IMG/VR virus record: IMGVR_UViG_3300045988_014027 | Coordinates: 1-43,907 of that record | From: a virus | Strand: one strand, 5' to 3' | Length of the DNA stretch: 43,907 nucleotides | Notes under the pieces: model-generated | Told to the model about the DNA's origin: nothing | Seen by the model: only the letters and a program-made list of their open reading frames with translations | The model's database searches: none | Part shown: positions 6,778-18,307 of the stretch, one piece after another | Layout of the letters: each line of letters begins with the position of its first letter | How positions within the stretch are numbered: the first letter of the stretch is position 1 | Translations under genes and position numbers: made by a program

Positions 6778-9700
6778 TAATAACTACCTCCTACCCATTT
6801 GATTACGTTTCGATTTGGGTCAATCAAATCTTGTTCTTCTCGGTAATAACCAATTTGTATTGATTTAGAAAATATACCGTTCTCGATGTGGATAACACCT
6901 TTATCAATGTACATTACTTCAGCACCGGCACTAAACATAGAAATACGCTTATCTGACACCAAAACCGAGTTAGAACCGTCGTTCTTACCAATAATAAGTC
7001 CCTCGTTAGAAGCCTTCATGTAATTGTCAAGGAAACTCCAACGTTCTGAGGTTTCACCCAAATCATTTTGCAATTTGACGATGCGTTGACTAGCTTCAAC
7101 CAATGCTTTTTCAGTCTTGTTCTTATTCTCTTGATTAGTAGACAAGAAATCTTGATAAGCCTTCACCCACTGATTGACCACTGACAAGCTAGCTTTGGCT
7201 TTCAATTCTGCTTGTACGATCGAGTTAAGCTCATTCAGTTTATTGATTTGGTCTTGCGTCAACGCACTGTCTGCCTTGCTATCCAATTGTTTTTTTAAAT
7301 CTTTCGGCGACGCTTGCCACGCTCGGTCAGTAGTACCCTCGTAGCAATCTAGCTCTGTGAAGAACAACAACGATTCACTGCCGTTAGTCGTACCTTTGTT
7401 ATCGATACGGATGAAGCCTTCATCACATTCCCCAGAATTAAACGTTAAGTGCCATTTAACCACCCCACTAGTGGATGGTGAGCCGTTATGCGACTTGAAA
7501 TTAACTACTTTAGTAAAAGTTTTGCTAGTTTCATCAGACCTACGACCAAGGAAATAAATGTCAACACCCTTGACGTTCCCTGTCCCAAATGTCTGCATAT
7601 TGAACGAATAATCAGTGTTGCGTTTGACTGGAAAACGTAGCGTAGACGCTGGGACCGCTGATGATGATGTTTTCAGACAAAACATTGGCTTAGTGCCGTT
7701 GTAGTAAAACGCATGACTAAAAATGGATAGGTTTGCGTTTGCTTGCGGATATTCCCAAAGTCCCCAATTATCCAAATTCTCTGGAAAGGCTGAGTTGGTG
7801 ATTAGGTTTTCACCACCAACCGAAACACTTCCCGTCATATCATTCCAAGTGTAGTCTGCTGGATTGGTACTGTCCGTTCTATCGAAATTAGTACATACAC
7901 CCAAATAGCGTTTGCTACCGTTTTGTGTCAGACTGAAACCAGTCCGACCATCCGAGCTATCAGCGTAAGCAAAGTGGACATAAGGTGTTCTTCCGTCCGC
8001 CCCAGCTTTGCCGGGAATACCATCCCGTCCGTCAGTACCTTTCCACTTAGACCAACGATAATCTTGCGGGTTTCGGCTATCCGTGGCATTGAAATCTTGA
8101 TACATCCCAATGAATGGTTTAGTGGTATCGGTTTGACTAAAACCGCCGCCGGAAACCGTGTCAGCATAGGCTATATGGGTGTACTGTGTTTTACCATCAG
8201 CACCCTTAACGCCGGGTATACCTTGGTCACCTTTTGGCCCTTGCAAACCTTGTGGACCACGTTCACCCGGTAAACCTCTAGGTCCTTGCTCTCCACGGTC
8301 TCCTTTAGCACCGTCATTCCCTTTAGGGCCTTGTTCACCTTTAGCACCTTGAGGTCCTTGCTCACCAATTTTAGACACTGAATAGCCGGTTTCAGTGGTG
8401 TTATCCGTATAACTCCAAACGGTTTTAGTCCATAAGAATTGTCCAGCTGGCACGTTAGGTACTTGACTAACCCAACCAGTTGTTGGTGCTACTGTTCCGG
8501 ATGTTCCTTGCGCATAAGTAATCGTTGTACTACGAATACCGACACCATCTTTACCAGCTATACCATTATTCCCGTCGTTACCATCTCTTGCAACGTAGGT
8601 TTTCTGATACCCCGTTTCAGTGGTGTTGTCAGTATAGGTCCAGACGGTTTTCGTCCAAAACCATTGCCCTTTAACTAATGATGGTGGGTTTTGATACCAC
8701 GCCGTAGGTGGCACGGTTTCAGCCATAGATAGTCCATATAGAACGCTAGTATTTCTAATTCCAATACCGTTCTTGCCCGGTATCCCATCGTTCCCACGGT
8801 CTCCCTTTGGTCCTTGCTCGCCCATCTTAGCAACAGAAAAACCTTGCTCACTCGTACCGTCTGAATAGAACCATGTCGTTCTTGTCCATAGGTATTCACC
8901 GGGGTTAACTGTTGGGATGTCTGGCGACCATGTACCATCTTCAAATACGATGTTTTTAATCCATACTGAATTATCTGTAGTGTAGGTGTTGACACGAATC
9001 TCATATTCACCAGTAGGACGGTTATGCGTGTATCTCGTACCGTTTGCTGTGTTGCTATCAGAAATAATAGCCCATGTACTGAAGCTAGGGTTAACAATCC
9101 AAACCGTAGCATTGTTACTACTTGCGGTCGTATTGTGCTGATTAGTGAAACTGCCGTTAGTTTCAGCGGATAGAATGTAAGTTTTTCCTTGTTCCAATCG
9201 AACACGCTGACCTGTCATAATAAGGTTGTCTATGGTTGAACCAGACGGTTGGTATTTGTTGTTTAAGGCTGCTACCGCACTGCCAGACGGTTTGTTGACA
9301 CCGTCCGTTGATTTCGCATAACGCAAGGTAGTATTCACTAGCCCCACGCCATCCTTACCGGGGAGACCATCATCACCTTTAGAACCGTTCTGTGGAATGT
9401 ATGTTTTTTGGTATCCAGTTTCACTAGATAGGTCCGTATACATCCATTGCGTTTTAGTCCATAGGTACTTACCCTTGACTAAAATAGGTGGATTTGCCGT
9501 CCAGCTAGTAGGCATGGTGGTTTCATTGTCACTCATGCCATAAGTAATAGTAGTAGATTTGAGACCTACACCGTTTTTTCCGGGTAAGCCGTCATTACCT
9601 CTATCGCCTTTATCCCCTTTAGGTCCGGGGTCGCCTTTAGCACCATTCTTACCGTCCGAGACATTTAAAAAAGTAACTTCTTCTGAAGCTACTTCTTTGT

Positions 9701-11120
9701 TGTCAACCCATGCCGAAACCGTCACGGCTGTCGGTTGGGTAATCTCTGACGCTACCATGTCATAGGTCATACCGACATATTTAATTTCACCGTTAATCAC
9801 AAAACGCCATGTCGCATTAACTGTTTTATCACCTTGTTTCAATACTGGACGAACGGTAGAACGACCAACGCCATTTTTAAACGCTGTACCGTTTGTTGTC
9901 GTGATCTCGACACGATAAGGCAAGGCTCTAGCTGCGATTTCATCAATGCGCTGTTGTAACTCGTTTGATGGCTTATTAACGATTTTACGGTAATTCGAAA
10001 ACACCACCGAATTATTCAACGGCATGTCAAAACTGACAATCATTTCAGTTACACGAGCTTCAAGCGCTAGACCACCCCTAAAATTGTTGTTGATAATTTT
10101 AACGGTGTCCCCTAGGTTAACATCCTTATAGTTTGCCATGAAACTAGAATGGACATCAACCGTGTAGGTCATCAACGGATAAGCGTATTGCTTAATAGTA
10201 CGTAATGCGTAGCCTTTTAGTGAATTGACATCCTTGTACTCGGTTTGAAAATCCTTACGTGTCCAGTTATCAGCGTTGTTTGGATTCATCGTTGATGGAT
10301 AACGCTCCCTAGACAAAGGTGCAAACACATAGCTACTGCCACGCTTTGAATAGAACTCTACTTGTCCAAGCTCGTTCTTTTCCTCAAACTCGACGCTTTC
10401 GAGGTTGACGCCCTCAGCACCAGTAAACACACCAGCATTAAATAGCTGGGTTTTGTCACTTGTTACTTGGACACCTTTAAGTTCATTCTGATAATGTAGC
10501 ACCACATCCCCACGAGCCTTTCCGATACCGTGGTGAGTTTCGTCTGGAATCTGGTAGATATCGATAGTGAAACGCTTGATCGTACCGTCTCGATTCAATT
10601 CGGTACGGAAGGCAAATTCAGCATCAAATTTAGACATGAGACTGTGTAATTGTGCCAATTTTGTTTCTTGTGGTTCAAATTCAAGCGTTCTTGTTTTATC
10701 AGAAACCTCGTTAACGCCAATTTCAAGATTTGTAAACCCTAGAATTTCAAGATGTTCCAAATACCATGCAATGCTTTGAGGGCCGTTGCTTTTAAGCGCA
10801 ACAGACTGCTCTTGTGCCAATTCCAAGTTAGTGTTATTACAAGTGACTTGGAATGTTGTATCGTTTTCGACTAATTGCGACACATAGAAAACATGGTAGG
10901 AGTTGTCGTAATAAAACGAGACAAACATATCGTCTTTGATATATTTGATGTCTTCATGCAACTTACCATTGACGATTTTAGGAATCGTAAAATCAAACGT
11001 ACTCGTTGCGTATTCAAGATAAGGGTGCCACTGACTGTTGGAATATGGCAACATGCCCGGAACGTTGTTATTCAAGGCACAAACCTTACGCATGTTCTTG
11101 TCATGAATCCAAATCTGCAT
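6777..11120 (-). CDS. Tail-associated protein (Tal) / host-specificity protein with collagen-like repeats
   Basis: 1447 aa from the ATG at 11120, which overlaps the Dit stop as TAATG. Multiple G-X-Y tracts (for example [25 protein letters not shown]) separate repeated WTKT.W.YTD..TETGY modules. Confidence 0.85.
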   Translation of the reverse strand: MQIWIHDKNMRKVCALNNNVPGMLPYSNSQWHPYLEYATSTFDFTIPKIVNGKLHEDIKYIKDDMFVSFYYDNSYHVFYVSQLVENDTTFQVTCNNTNLELAQEQSVALKSNGPQSIAWYLEHLEILGFTNLEIGVNEVSDKTRTLEFEPQETKLAQLHSLMSKFDAEFAFRTELNRDGTIKRFTIDIYQIPDETHHGIGKARGDVVLHYQNELKGVQVTSDKTQLFNAGVFTGAEGVNLESVEFEEKNELGQVEFYSKRGSSYVFAPLSRERYPSTMNPNNADNWTRKDFQTEYKDVNSLKGYALRTIKQYAYPLMTYTVDVHSSFMANYKDVNLGDTVKIINNNFRGGLALEARVTEMIVSFDMPLNNSVVFSNYRKIVNKPSNELQQRIDEIAARALPYRVEITTTNGTAFKNGVGRSTVRPVLKQGDKTVNATWRFVINGEIKYVGMTYDMVASEITQPTAVTVSAWVDNKEVASEEVTFLNVSDGKNGAKGDPGPKGDKGDRGNDGLPGKNGVGLKSTTITYGMSDNETTMPTSWTANPPILVKGKYLWTKTQWMYTDLSSETGYQKTYIPQNGSKGDDGLPGKDGVGLVNTTLRYAKSTDGVNKPSGSAVAALNNKYQPSGSTIDNLIMTGQRVRLEQGKTYILSAETNGSFTNQHNTTASSNNATVWIVNPSFSTWAIISDSNTANGTRYTHNRPTGEYEIRVNTYTTDNSVWIKNIVFEDGTWSPDIPTVNPGEYLWTRTTWFYSDGTSEQGFSVAKMGEQGPKGDRGNDGIPGKNGIGIRNTSVLYGLSMAETVPPTAWYQNPPSLVKGQWFWTKTVWTYTDNTTETGYQKTYVARDGNDGNNGIAGKDGVGIRSTTITYAQGTSGTVAPTTGWVSQVPNVPAGQFLWTKTVWSYTDNTTETGYSVSKIGEQGPQGAKGEQGPKGNDGAKGDRGEQGPRGLPGERGPQGLQGPKGDQGIPGVKGADGKTQYTHIAYADTVSGGGFSQTDTTKPFIGMYQDFNATDSRNPQDYRWSKWKGTDGRDGIPGKAGADGRTPYVHFAYADSSDGRTGFSLTQNGSKRYLGVCTNFDRTDSTNPADYTWNDMTGSVSVGGENLITNSAFPENLDNWGLWEYPQANANLSIFSHAFYYNGTKPMFCLKTSSSAVPASTLRFPVKRNTDYSFNMQTFGTGNVKGVDIYFLGRRSDETSKTFTKVVNFKSHNGSPSTSGVVKWHLTFNSGECDEGFIRIDNKGTTNGSESLLFFTELDCYEGTTDRAWQASPKDLKKQLDSKADSALTQDQINKLNELNSIVQAELKAKASLSVVNQWVKAYQDFLSTNQENKNKTEKALVEASQRIVKLQNDLGETSERWSFLDNYMKASNEGLIIGKNDGSNSVLVSDKRISMFSAGAEVMYIDKGVIHIENGIFSKSIQIGYYREEQDLIDPNRNVIKWVGGSY

Positions 11121-12685
11121 TAAACGAAACGCTCCTTCCAAGTTACTTCAACCGTTGGGTCAGTCCTTGTCCAACTAGATGTGTAGATGTCGATTTCAGT
11201 TTCACCAGTGCCGATACTAAACGGCTCGGATAAGTAAGTTAGCTCGTTAGACGCTGGCAAATTGTCAACTAATGTTTTACCCTTCGCCATGTCGATTTCA
11301 AGAATCGAACCCTTACGGAATCGGTTCGGGATGTCTTCCTCTTTGTTAACATAATCTTTTCGATAGACAAAACTATCCAGATACATGTGGGTTACAAGCG
11401 GTGCATCACCAAGACCAAAGAAACCAACACTTATTTTTGCTGATTTTTTTCCTTTGATTTCGGGTATCTTAAATCTAGGATATCCGCCTTGATAATAAAA
11501 TTGTATTTCATCATCAAAGCGTTGCATATCTGCCCATCCTTGCGGTTCGTTGAATGGGTTTTGTGTCATGACATGCGTACCCCAAAATGATTTTCTGTCT
11601 AGCGTACGATAACTACCGTTACCATCACTGGCAAGAAAACGGTACTCACAACCGAGACCGTTAACATGCTTGAGTGTTTCCACACCGTACAGAAATGTGC
11701 CGTTTGCATCCGTTACAGATATCTTAATATATCCGCACTCATTAGATGCGCCAAGCCAAAAAATCTGCCTCCACCACATATACTCGTAGAGTGAGCCTTT
11801 TTCACCGTTGCTATCCGCTGGGATATCCCATGTAATCGAGCTACCACGGAGCAAGGTTGAGCCACTACCTCGATTAGTTAAGGCAATGTGTGGTCTGCCC
11901 CATGCGTTATCAATCGCAAGCGTTCCATTCAAACTTTGCAAGTTGTCGTTGAAACGCCCTTGATTTTTAGCACCAACCGCAAAACCATTAGTAATCCAGT
12001 TGTTAGAAACATAGTCAAACAGAATTTCAGATTGCTTAACTGTACGTGTATCAGCTTCATTCGGATTGCCAATCTCATAGCTTTCGCTAGACGATTTCAC
12101 AACACCAACCCAACCATTATCTGAGTTGAATTTCAGTTTAATATCTGGGTAAGTTTCAGCCGTACCAAAGTTTTTTAGCGTAGCCTTGTAGTGTCCAGTA
12201 GATACTTTTTTAATGCTACCGTACTTAGTTTCACCGTCACTACTTACTAGAGCTTGTGCCTTGTTCTCACCGTAACTTTTCGGAACGTCAAACGTAACCG
12301 TTACTGTGGCAGTGATTGGTGCCGTGTTCTTATCAACCGTTAATGACGCTTGACCAGACGGGATGGCTTCCCAAACTTTGTTAGGCTCATCGCCAAAAAT
12401 CAAAGTTTTCGGTTTATCAACATTGAGATATCCGCCCAGTGTCTCAGCAACCGTATTAAAGTAGTCGTAGTTTCCGACCAAGTTAAACGATACTTGAATC
12501 TGCTTAACTGACAAGGTGCTGTATAGGAATTGCTGACCATAACGCCTACGCCCTTGGTCTTGATAGTTATTGTTGAAATTAGATGCCACGTTTTTTGTGA
12601 CATCTACTGGAACGGTACGCCCTTGCCCCTCATTGAATAATTCGGTTAAGTTTTTACCGTCAAAAATTACTGACATTCCTATCAA
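11120..12685 (-). CDS. Distal tail protein (Dit), long form
   Basis: 521-aa ORF between the tape measure and Tal. TTG start with GGAGG 9 nt upstream. Overlaps the tape-measure stop. Confidence 0.7.
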   Translation of the reverse strand: MIGMSVIFDGKNLTELFNEGQGRTVPVDVTKNVASNFNNNYQDQGRRRYGQQFLYSTLSVKQIQVSFNLVGNYDYFNTVAETLGGYLNVDKPKTLIFGDEPNKVWEAIPSGQASLTVDKNTAPITATVTVTFDVPKSYGENKAQALVSSDGETKYGSIKKVSTGHYKATLKNFGTAETYPDIKLKFNSDNGWVGVVKSSSESYEIGNPNEADTRTVKQSEILFDYVSNNWITNGFAVGAKNQGRFNDNLQSLNGTLAIDNAWGRPHIALTNRGSGSTLLRGSSITWDIPADSNGEKGSLYEYMWWRQIFWLGASNECGYIKISVTDANGTFLYGVETLKHVNGLGCEYRFLASDGNGSYRTLDRKSFWGTHVMTQNPFNEPQGWADMQRFDDEIQFYYQGGYPRFKIPEIKGKKSAKISVGFFGLGDAPLVTHMYLDSFVYRKDYVNKEEDIPNRFRKGSILEIDMAKGKTLVDNLPASNELTYLSEPFSIGTGETEIDIYTSSWTRTDPTVEVTWKERFV

Positions 12686-15600
12686 ATAATGCTACCTCCT
12701 AACAGCGCTTGTCTGCGCTCATAATCGTTTGTTGCCTTGGTCATGAACGGTGCGAGACCGTTTGACACGCTTCTACCATCAATGATGTTTCTAACTTCGA
12801 TAGGGTTAGAGCCGTTAGTTACCAACTGACCAAGTAGGTCAATCATGATGTCTAGCTTGCTTTCTAGTACAGAAACACGCTCATGATCTGAAGTGTTATC
12901 GTGGTTGCCTTGTGGGGCATCACCGGCAAAACGTGCCACTGCTTCAGTAAGTAATTGCCATGCTCTACCACGTTTGGCGATATCCGTTGGAATGACATAC
13001 TCTGGCATGTCGCCCTCAGCCAACTCATAAACACCATTTTTATGGACTAGTCCACCGTTAGCATAGCCATAGGCAGCTACACGGTTAAAGGCTGCGTCTG
13101 ATGTTCCGTAGCGGTGTTTGATATAGTTGATTGCAGCAAGCAAGTTATCATAACCGTTACGGATATTATTATGTCCTGCGTGCTTATAAGCGTCAAATGT
13201 TGGTTGAATAGTTTGCATCAAACCAATTGACGGGGTACCAGCTCTTGCGTTACTGTCCCAGTTATTTTGTACGTTAGGGTTACCACCAGATTCACGTTGA
13301 ATTGTCGCCAAAATCTTAGACACACGGAAACTGTTAGCTTCGATGCCGTTAGCTTCCAACGCTCTAACAACAGAACTGCGCCATCTTTCAACTCCAGACC
13401 CTTGAGGACCGTCTTCACCACCACCGGCTGGGCTAAGCAATGGACCAAGGGTTTTCTTAATCCAGTCGAACATGCCACCAACTTGTCGTTTAATCAACGT
13501 TTGTAGTGGACTGTTACGGTCTTTAAGTGGTTTGCTATTATCTTCACCGCCACCGCCACTATCACGAACACCGAAATCAAGGAAGGTCGCAGCGTTTGAA
13601 ATATGACGGCCAGCGTATTGGTGGTACTGACCGTTACCGCCATAGTTATACTCTTCACCATCGTAAGTGTCCCCATGAACAGCAGTTACAAAGTCAACGT
13701 GGTTACTTGAAATAGGTCCACCAGTGTAGACGGCTACTGTACCCGGTTTAGGTCTGCTTAAGTGTGGCACCTTAGCTGAGATCCACTGATTACCATTACC
13801 GAGATAACTAAACAAGCTTGAATTAACACCAAGGTTTGCCAAACGACTAGCAACGAATGACACACACTCACGATAGAAGTAACCCCACGGGTCAGCCCCA
13901 GCGTCTTTTGCCTTATCTTTGAAACGGTAGTCATCACCTTTGGCACCCATTGCCACCGTGCCTTCATCCATTGAGGCATTAGCCATAGACCAAAGCTCTT
14001 TCCACCAGTTTTTAGCTTCTTCGATAGGTTTCTTATAAAGCGCATTACCGAGCGGGTTAAACATGCCGGCTAACTTATCAGCGTTAGGGCTGAATTTCTT
14101 GGCTAGCGATCCAACCGGGTCTTTGACAACATCACCGACAAATTCAATCATCTTCATGAATTTATCGACACCGTTCTTCATAGCGTCCCAAACTGAGCCT
14201 GCTACATTTGTGGCAGTGTCCCAGATTTTAGACCAGAAACCAGTCCCTTTAGCAAAGGCTCCACGTTCTACGCCCATAAGCATTGCTAATTCACTGGCAT
14301 TGATTACCTCCGAACCAGCAGGCAAGAGATACTCAACGTTTCGCCCTTGTGGCAAAAATGACTTACCGTTTGGCAAAATAACCATCTCTTGGTTATTAGT
14401 TTCTGGACTATCGTAGCCATCATTTAGAGTGGCAAGCGTAGGTCTAGTGATTGGGTTTCGGTATGAGCTAAACATACCAGTACCACCGGCAAACTTAACT
14501 TTCGGAATTTTAGAAATAGCTTCCTTGCTACCACCAAAATCAGAAATCAGTTTATTGATACCATCGATACCAGCGTTTGGCAGTGCGATGACAGCGTTGA
14601 TACCATCACCGGCAAGTTTCTTCATGCCGTCCCACATCTCACCGAAGCCTTTTTTCACGTTATCCCAAGTATCTTTGAAAAACTTAGCGATATTGGTCAG
14701 TGCGTCGGTAATCAGCTTGGTAATGTTAACACCAAATTTTTCTTGTGTTAACGCTCCGATTTCGTCCCATTTTTTAGACAGGAATTTTTTAGAGTTTTCC
14801 CAACCGTCAAACCAATTCTTATTGATGCCTTTGTGATGCTTATCGATATCTTTACCAAGGGCGGTCATTGCTTCAGTAGCGTTGCCCTTGATACCTTCCC
14901 ATGTTTTAGATGCGAATTTCTTGACGTTGTCCCACTTTTCGCCCCAATCTTTTTTAAGGCTAGTCATGTGTTTCGCAACGCCTTTAGCCATTTCTTTAAC
15001 GTGGTCCACTGTTCCATCGACAAACTTCTTGAATGGTTTGTTATGCTTGTACATCAATTCAAACCCAGCTACTACTGGATTGGAGATAACAAGCAACTTC
15101 TTAGCGGTGTTTGTGAAGGCTTTGATACCTTTTTCACCACCAGTGAAGTAATTCTTGGTTTTTTCGAAGCCTTTTTTGGTGCTCTTGGTCATTGAATCCA
15201 TCGCACCAGTCCAAGTCTTCTTCATGCCATCCCATGTCTTACCGAGCCATTTACCAGCATTAGAAAAACCGTCCTTGATGCTCTTAACGATACCATCAAC
15301 GAATTTCTTGAATTTCTTGTTGTGCTTATAAATTAAAGCAAACGCCCCAGCAATCGGATTGGCAATAAATAAAAGGACTTGTTTCCAGTCCTTTTTGAAG
15401 AAATCAATGATCTTGCCAAAGATTTCTTTTGTTACTTTGAAAATCTTGTCAAAGGCTTTTTTGGCAGCACTAAACATGCCATCTACAAAGGCTTTAAATT
15501 TCTTATTGTGTTTGTAGAGTAGAACTAGGGCGGTTATCGCACCAGCTACGGCTACCGCAATCAAGCCAATAGGGTTAGAAGCCATCGCTAAATTCCACGC

Positions 15601-17667
15601 TTTTTGGGCTACTGCCGATGCTTTTTGGGCTACGGTCATAGCTACTGTGGAATTTTTCAACATATTGATAGCTTTGGCGACTTTTATAACTCCCGAAGCA
15701 ACTTTAGAGCCTACGAAGTAAGCAGCGAACAAAGAACCGACGGTTTTAATAGCCGTCTTATGTTCAGCAATGCCACCTAAAGCTTTTGATAGCGATGTTA
15801 CTGGTGATTTAGCTTTCTTGCCGTTGCCAGTCATTAGGTTAAGCGCTTCGGCAACACCTTTAATCATGCCTACGGCAGTTTCCCAAACACCGCTAGCAAA
15901 GTCTTTACCAATGCTGAACACCGAACCTAAACTATCTTTAACCTCTTTGAAAAAAGCTACAATTTTAGGGGCGTTATTAGCAATGGTTTTACTAACATTA
16001 TCAACGACCTTGTTGAGACCGTCCATGAAGCTATTCAGCTTGTCCTTGCCATCACCGAGATTAAAGACTTTAGAAAAGGCATCCATGATAGTGCCTAGGC
16101 CTTTGGAAACGTGTTCTCCTAAGTCTTTAAACTTAGTTTCAGTGTTAGGATCAGCAACCCAATCCCCAATCTGTTGTAAGAATGGGTTTTTCATTTTATC
16201 GATTGGGTCACGAAACGCTGCGACTACCGCTGGCATACGGGACTGGATTGTTCTTTCAAGACCACCAATGGTAGTTGAGAAGTTAGCAGTGGCGTCCTTG
16301 TACTTGTCTTGCAACTCAAACAAGGCTTTTTGCGCCATTTCAGCGGTAATCTTACCATCTTTTTGAAGTTCTGCATATTTATCGGCGGTCATGTCTGCAA
16401 TGCCAAGCTCTTGCGCAGCTACTTCTTTAAGTTGGTTTTTCATTTCTGGGAAGACATTGATAATTGACATCATGTCTTGCCCTTGAACCTTGCCATTGGC
16501 AATCATTTGTGCCCACTGTGTAGCGAAATTCTCAACGGCTGCATCGGTTTGACCGAATGCGTCTTGCAAGGTCAAGATGGCTTGTGTTTGTTGTTTGGTT
16601 AACTCTGTGTTGTGAGTAACGGCATAGAATTTTTGGTTCATGCCGTCAACCATTTCGGTTGAGTTAGCTGCCGCTTGCGCCATTTGGTTGGTCATATCGA
16701 CCATTTTTTTACCTTCTTCGGCATTACCGGTTAGGGTTAACCAAGTGGCGTTCATAGTTTGTTGATATTTAACATATTCGGCACTTGATTGGGCGATTTC
16801 GTCAAACTTACCTTTGATAGCTCCCAACGCATTCTGGAAACCGTTGCTAATGAGGTTAGCCGCAAACGTAGCGCCAAAGATACCTTTCAAGCGTGAGGTT
16901 TTATGTTCAGTCTCACTGACTTCACTACCTAAGCGTTTGAAGCTCTCTTTCAAGCGTCCAATGAACGTACTAGACCGTTGACTTTGCTCAATTTCATCAT
17001 TAAGCTTGTCAGCGGCGTTCCTAGTGTGTGCGAGACTAGTAGCAGTTTCGTCTAAACGTTGCTTTTGCTTGCGGTATTCATCGCTAGTTCTTCCAGACTG
17101 TTTAGCGACACGCTCAAGCATTTCTTTTTGGGTCTCATACTGTTTATTTAAGTTAGTAATCGAGCCCTTGTATTGCTTAAGTTGCTCTTGCCTAGCTTCA
17201 TCCTCTTTGCCCTCTGCTTTCAGACGCTTGATATAAGTGTCTGAGGCTTCGTTTTGGGCTTTGTACTCACGTTGCAATTCAGAAAGCCCAGACTTGTGAT
17301 AATCTAGGCTATTCTTGGCTTGCCGTTGTTGGTTTTCCAACGATGCCAAACGTGTCGTGGCTTGGTCAATCTGTTGTTGGTACTTAAGGTACTGCTCAGC
17401 CGTTTCAGCGGTACTCCCTTTAAGCTGAGACTGTTCTTGTTTCAATTTCTCAATCTTATGTTGTTGGTTTTGGATAGCATTACCCAAACCATCGTACTTA
17501 GCTTGTGCTGCTCCCAAATAGTCACCAGCGCTACGCATTTGGCTTTCTTGCGCCTTCCATGCGTTCGTAGAGCTATTGACCAACTGAGTTAGTCTCTTAA
17601 TCGAGTTAGCCGCTTGTAACGTGTCTAAGGCGATTTCAGTGGACATGGTAGCTTGTACTTTTGCCAT
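12682..17667 (-). CDS. Tape measure protein with C-terminal CHAP and lytic transglycosylase (SLT) domains
   Basis: 1661 aa. Coiled-coil N-terminus and hydrophobic central segments. CHAP motifs YRECVSFVA and NHVDFV (about 13570-13899). SLT motifs QRESGGNP and GLMQT (about 13090-13392). Confidence 0.9.
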   Translation of the reverse strand: MAKVQATMSTEIALDTLQAANSIKRLTQLVNSSTNAWKAQESQMRSAGDYLGAAQAKYDGLGNAIQNQQHKIEKLKQEQSQLKGSTAETAEQYLKYQQQIDQATTRLASLENQQRQAKNSLDYHKSGLSELQREYKAQNEASDTYIKRLKAEGKEDEARQEQLKQYKGSITNLNKQYETQKEMLERVAKQSGRTSDEYRKQKQRLDETATSLAHTRNAADKLNDEIEQSQRSSTFIGRLKESFKRLGSEVSETEHKTSRLKGIFGATFAANLISNGFQNALGAIKGKFDEIAQSSAEYVKYQQTMNATWLTLTGNAEEGKKMVDMTNQMAQAAANSTEMVDGMNQKFYAVTHNTELTKQQTQAILTLQDAFGQTDAAVENFATQWAQMIANGKVQGQDMMSIINVFPEMKNQLKEVAAQELGIADMTADKYAELQKDGKITAEMAQKALFELQDKYKDATANFSTTIGGLERTIQSRMPAVVAAFRDPIDKMKNPFLQQIGDWVADPNTETKFKDLGEHVSKGLGTIMDAFSKVFNLGDGKDKLNSFMDGLNKVVDNVSKTIANNAPKIVAFFKEVKDSLGSVFSIGKDFASGVWETAVGMIKGVAEALNLMTGNGKKAKSPVTSLSKALGGIAEHKTAIKTVGSLFAAYFVGSKVASGVIKVAKAINMLKNSTVAMTVAQKASAVAQKAWNLAMASNPIGLIAVAVAGAITALVLLYKHNKKFKAFVDGMFSAAKKAFDKIFKVTKEIFGKIIDFFKKDWKQVLLFIANPIAGAFALIYKHNKKFKKFVDGIVKSIKDGFSNAGKWLGKTWDGMKKTWTGAMDSMTKSTKKGFEKTKNYFTGGEKGIKAFTNTAKKLLVISNPVVAGFELMYKHNKPFKKFVDGTVDHVKEMAKGVAKHMTSLKKDWGEKWDNVKKFASKTWEGIKGNATEAMTALGKDIDKHHKGINKNWFDGWENSKKFLSKKWDEIGALTQEKFGVNITKLITDALTNIAKFFKDTWDNVKKGFGEMWDGMKKLAGDGINAVIALPNAGIDGINKLISDFGGSKEAISKIPKVKFAGGTGMFSSYRNPITRPTLATLNDGYDSPETNNQEMVILPNGKSFLPQGRNVEYLLPAGSEVINASELAMLMGVERGAFAKGTGFWSKIWDTATNVAGSVWDAMKNGVDKFMKMIEFVGDVVKDPVGSLAKKFSPNADKLAGMFNPLGNALYKKPIEEAKNWWKELWSMANASMDEGTVAMGAKGDDYRFKDKAKDAGADPWGYFYRECVSFVASRLANLGVNSSLFSYLGNGNQWISAKVPHLSRPKPGTVAVYTGGPISSNHVDFVTAVHGDTYDGEEYNYGGNGQYHQYAGRHISNAATFLDFGVRDSGGGGEDNSKPLKDRNSPLQTLIKRQVGGMFDWIKKTLGPLLSPAGGGEDGPQGSGVERWRSSVVRALEANGIEANSFRVSKILATIQRESGGNPNVQNNWDSNARAGTPSIGLMQTIQPTFDAYKHAGHNNIRNGYDNLLAAINYIKHRYGTSDAAFNRVAAYGYANGGLVHKNGVYELAEGDMPEYVIPTDIAKRGRAWQLLTEAVARFAGDAPQGNHDNTSDHERVSVLESKLDIMIDLLGQLVTNGSNPIEVRNIIDGRSVSNGLAPFMTKATNDYERRQALLGGSII

Positions 17668-17697
17668 GTATTATTTATTCCTCCTTTCCTTAAATAT

Positions 17698-18242
17698 TTA
17701 GAGTAAAGATGTTGGGTCTACCATCCTATCTTCTTCCTCTTTTGCGTTTAGAATTTTCATCAATTCGTAATAGTCGGTATCGTAGTATTGATCTAGCGTC
17801 CACCCAAAACCTTGAATTGATTTCTTAGCAACAAGCTTCAAGTCCTCAATGCTATTTTCTAAATCAAAAATCTGTTCCCCTCTAGACTTTACTCTTTTGG
17901 GTCAATTTCACCAGTGGCGTTTTCAAGTTGTTCGTCAGTCAAACCGTACATATAGCCCACCAATTTTTCAGCAATCTCTTGTGTACGTTCATTGTCTAAA
18001 TCAAGCAATTTGTCATAGGCTTCATCATCCAAGTTGAGAACGGCACGAATGAAACCAAGCATTTCCTTAAGAGTTGTGAAGCTTGCTTGCGCTTGCTCTA
18101 GTGTGTCACCATCTTCGACAGTATCGCTGATTTTAAGGACTGCCAATTGGTATTCGTGCATACGCAACACATTGCGGTTGCTTGTTGTCACTTTGAATGC
18201 TTTCTTACTGATTTCTGGGATTTGAATAGTTCTGATTTCCAT
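17698..18242 (-). CDS. Tail assembly chaperone -1 frameshift product (gpGT analogue)
   Basis: C CCA AAA (17901-17895, minus strand) lies in the zero frame two codons before the stop. The -1 frame then stays open for 65 codons to the TAA at 17700-17698. Confidence 0.65.
17889..18242 (-). CDS. Tail assembly chaperone (gpG analogue)
   Basis: 117-aa acidic ORF between the major tail protein and the tape measure. Ends just after the slippery heptamer. Confidence 0.8.
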   Translation of the reverse strand: MEIRTIQIPEISKKAFKVTTSNRNVLRMHEYQLAVLKISDTVEDGDTLEQAQASFTTLKEMLGFIRAVLNLDDEAYDKLLDLDNERTQEIAEKLVGYMYGLTDEQLENATGEIDPKE

Positions 18243-18267
18243 TTTATCTTTACTCCTTTTTTAACAA

Positions 18268-18300
18268 AAATAGAGGTCAGGCCATGAGCCCGACCTCTTG
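18268..18300 (-). terminator. Hairpin plus U-tract after the major tail protein gene
   Basis: Minus strand AGAGGUC-N13-GACCUCU followed by AUUUUUG. Confidence 0.5.
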
Positions 18301-18307
18301 CGAATTA

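Noticed and set aside
8675-9205. 176-aa ORF in an alternative frame on the same strand inside Tal, plus 8171..8368, 7928..8167 and the plus-strand ORFs 7923..8273 and 8439..8678
   Set aside because: They lie wholly inside the 1447-aa Tal gene in the collagen-repeat region, where the repetitive GGN-CCN codon pattern keeps other frames open. They have no RBS and low-complexity translations.
7990-9660. Collagen-like G-X-Y coding tracts considered as eukaryotic contamination or a chimeric assembly
   Set aside because: The tracts are in frame within one continuous phage tail ORF and are a known feature of streptococcal phage antireceptor and hyaluronidase-type tail proteins.
15770-16366. 198-aa plus-strand ORF, plus 14063..14416, 14429..14836, 14833..15195 and 17006..17592, antisense to the tape measure gene
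   Set aside because: These are shadow ORFs antisense to a strongly supported 1661-aa gene. Their composition is Ser/Leu/Pro-rich, as expected from antisense Lys/Glu/Ala codons. No start signals.
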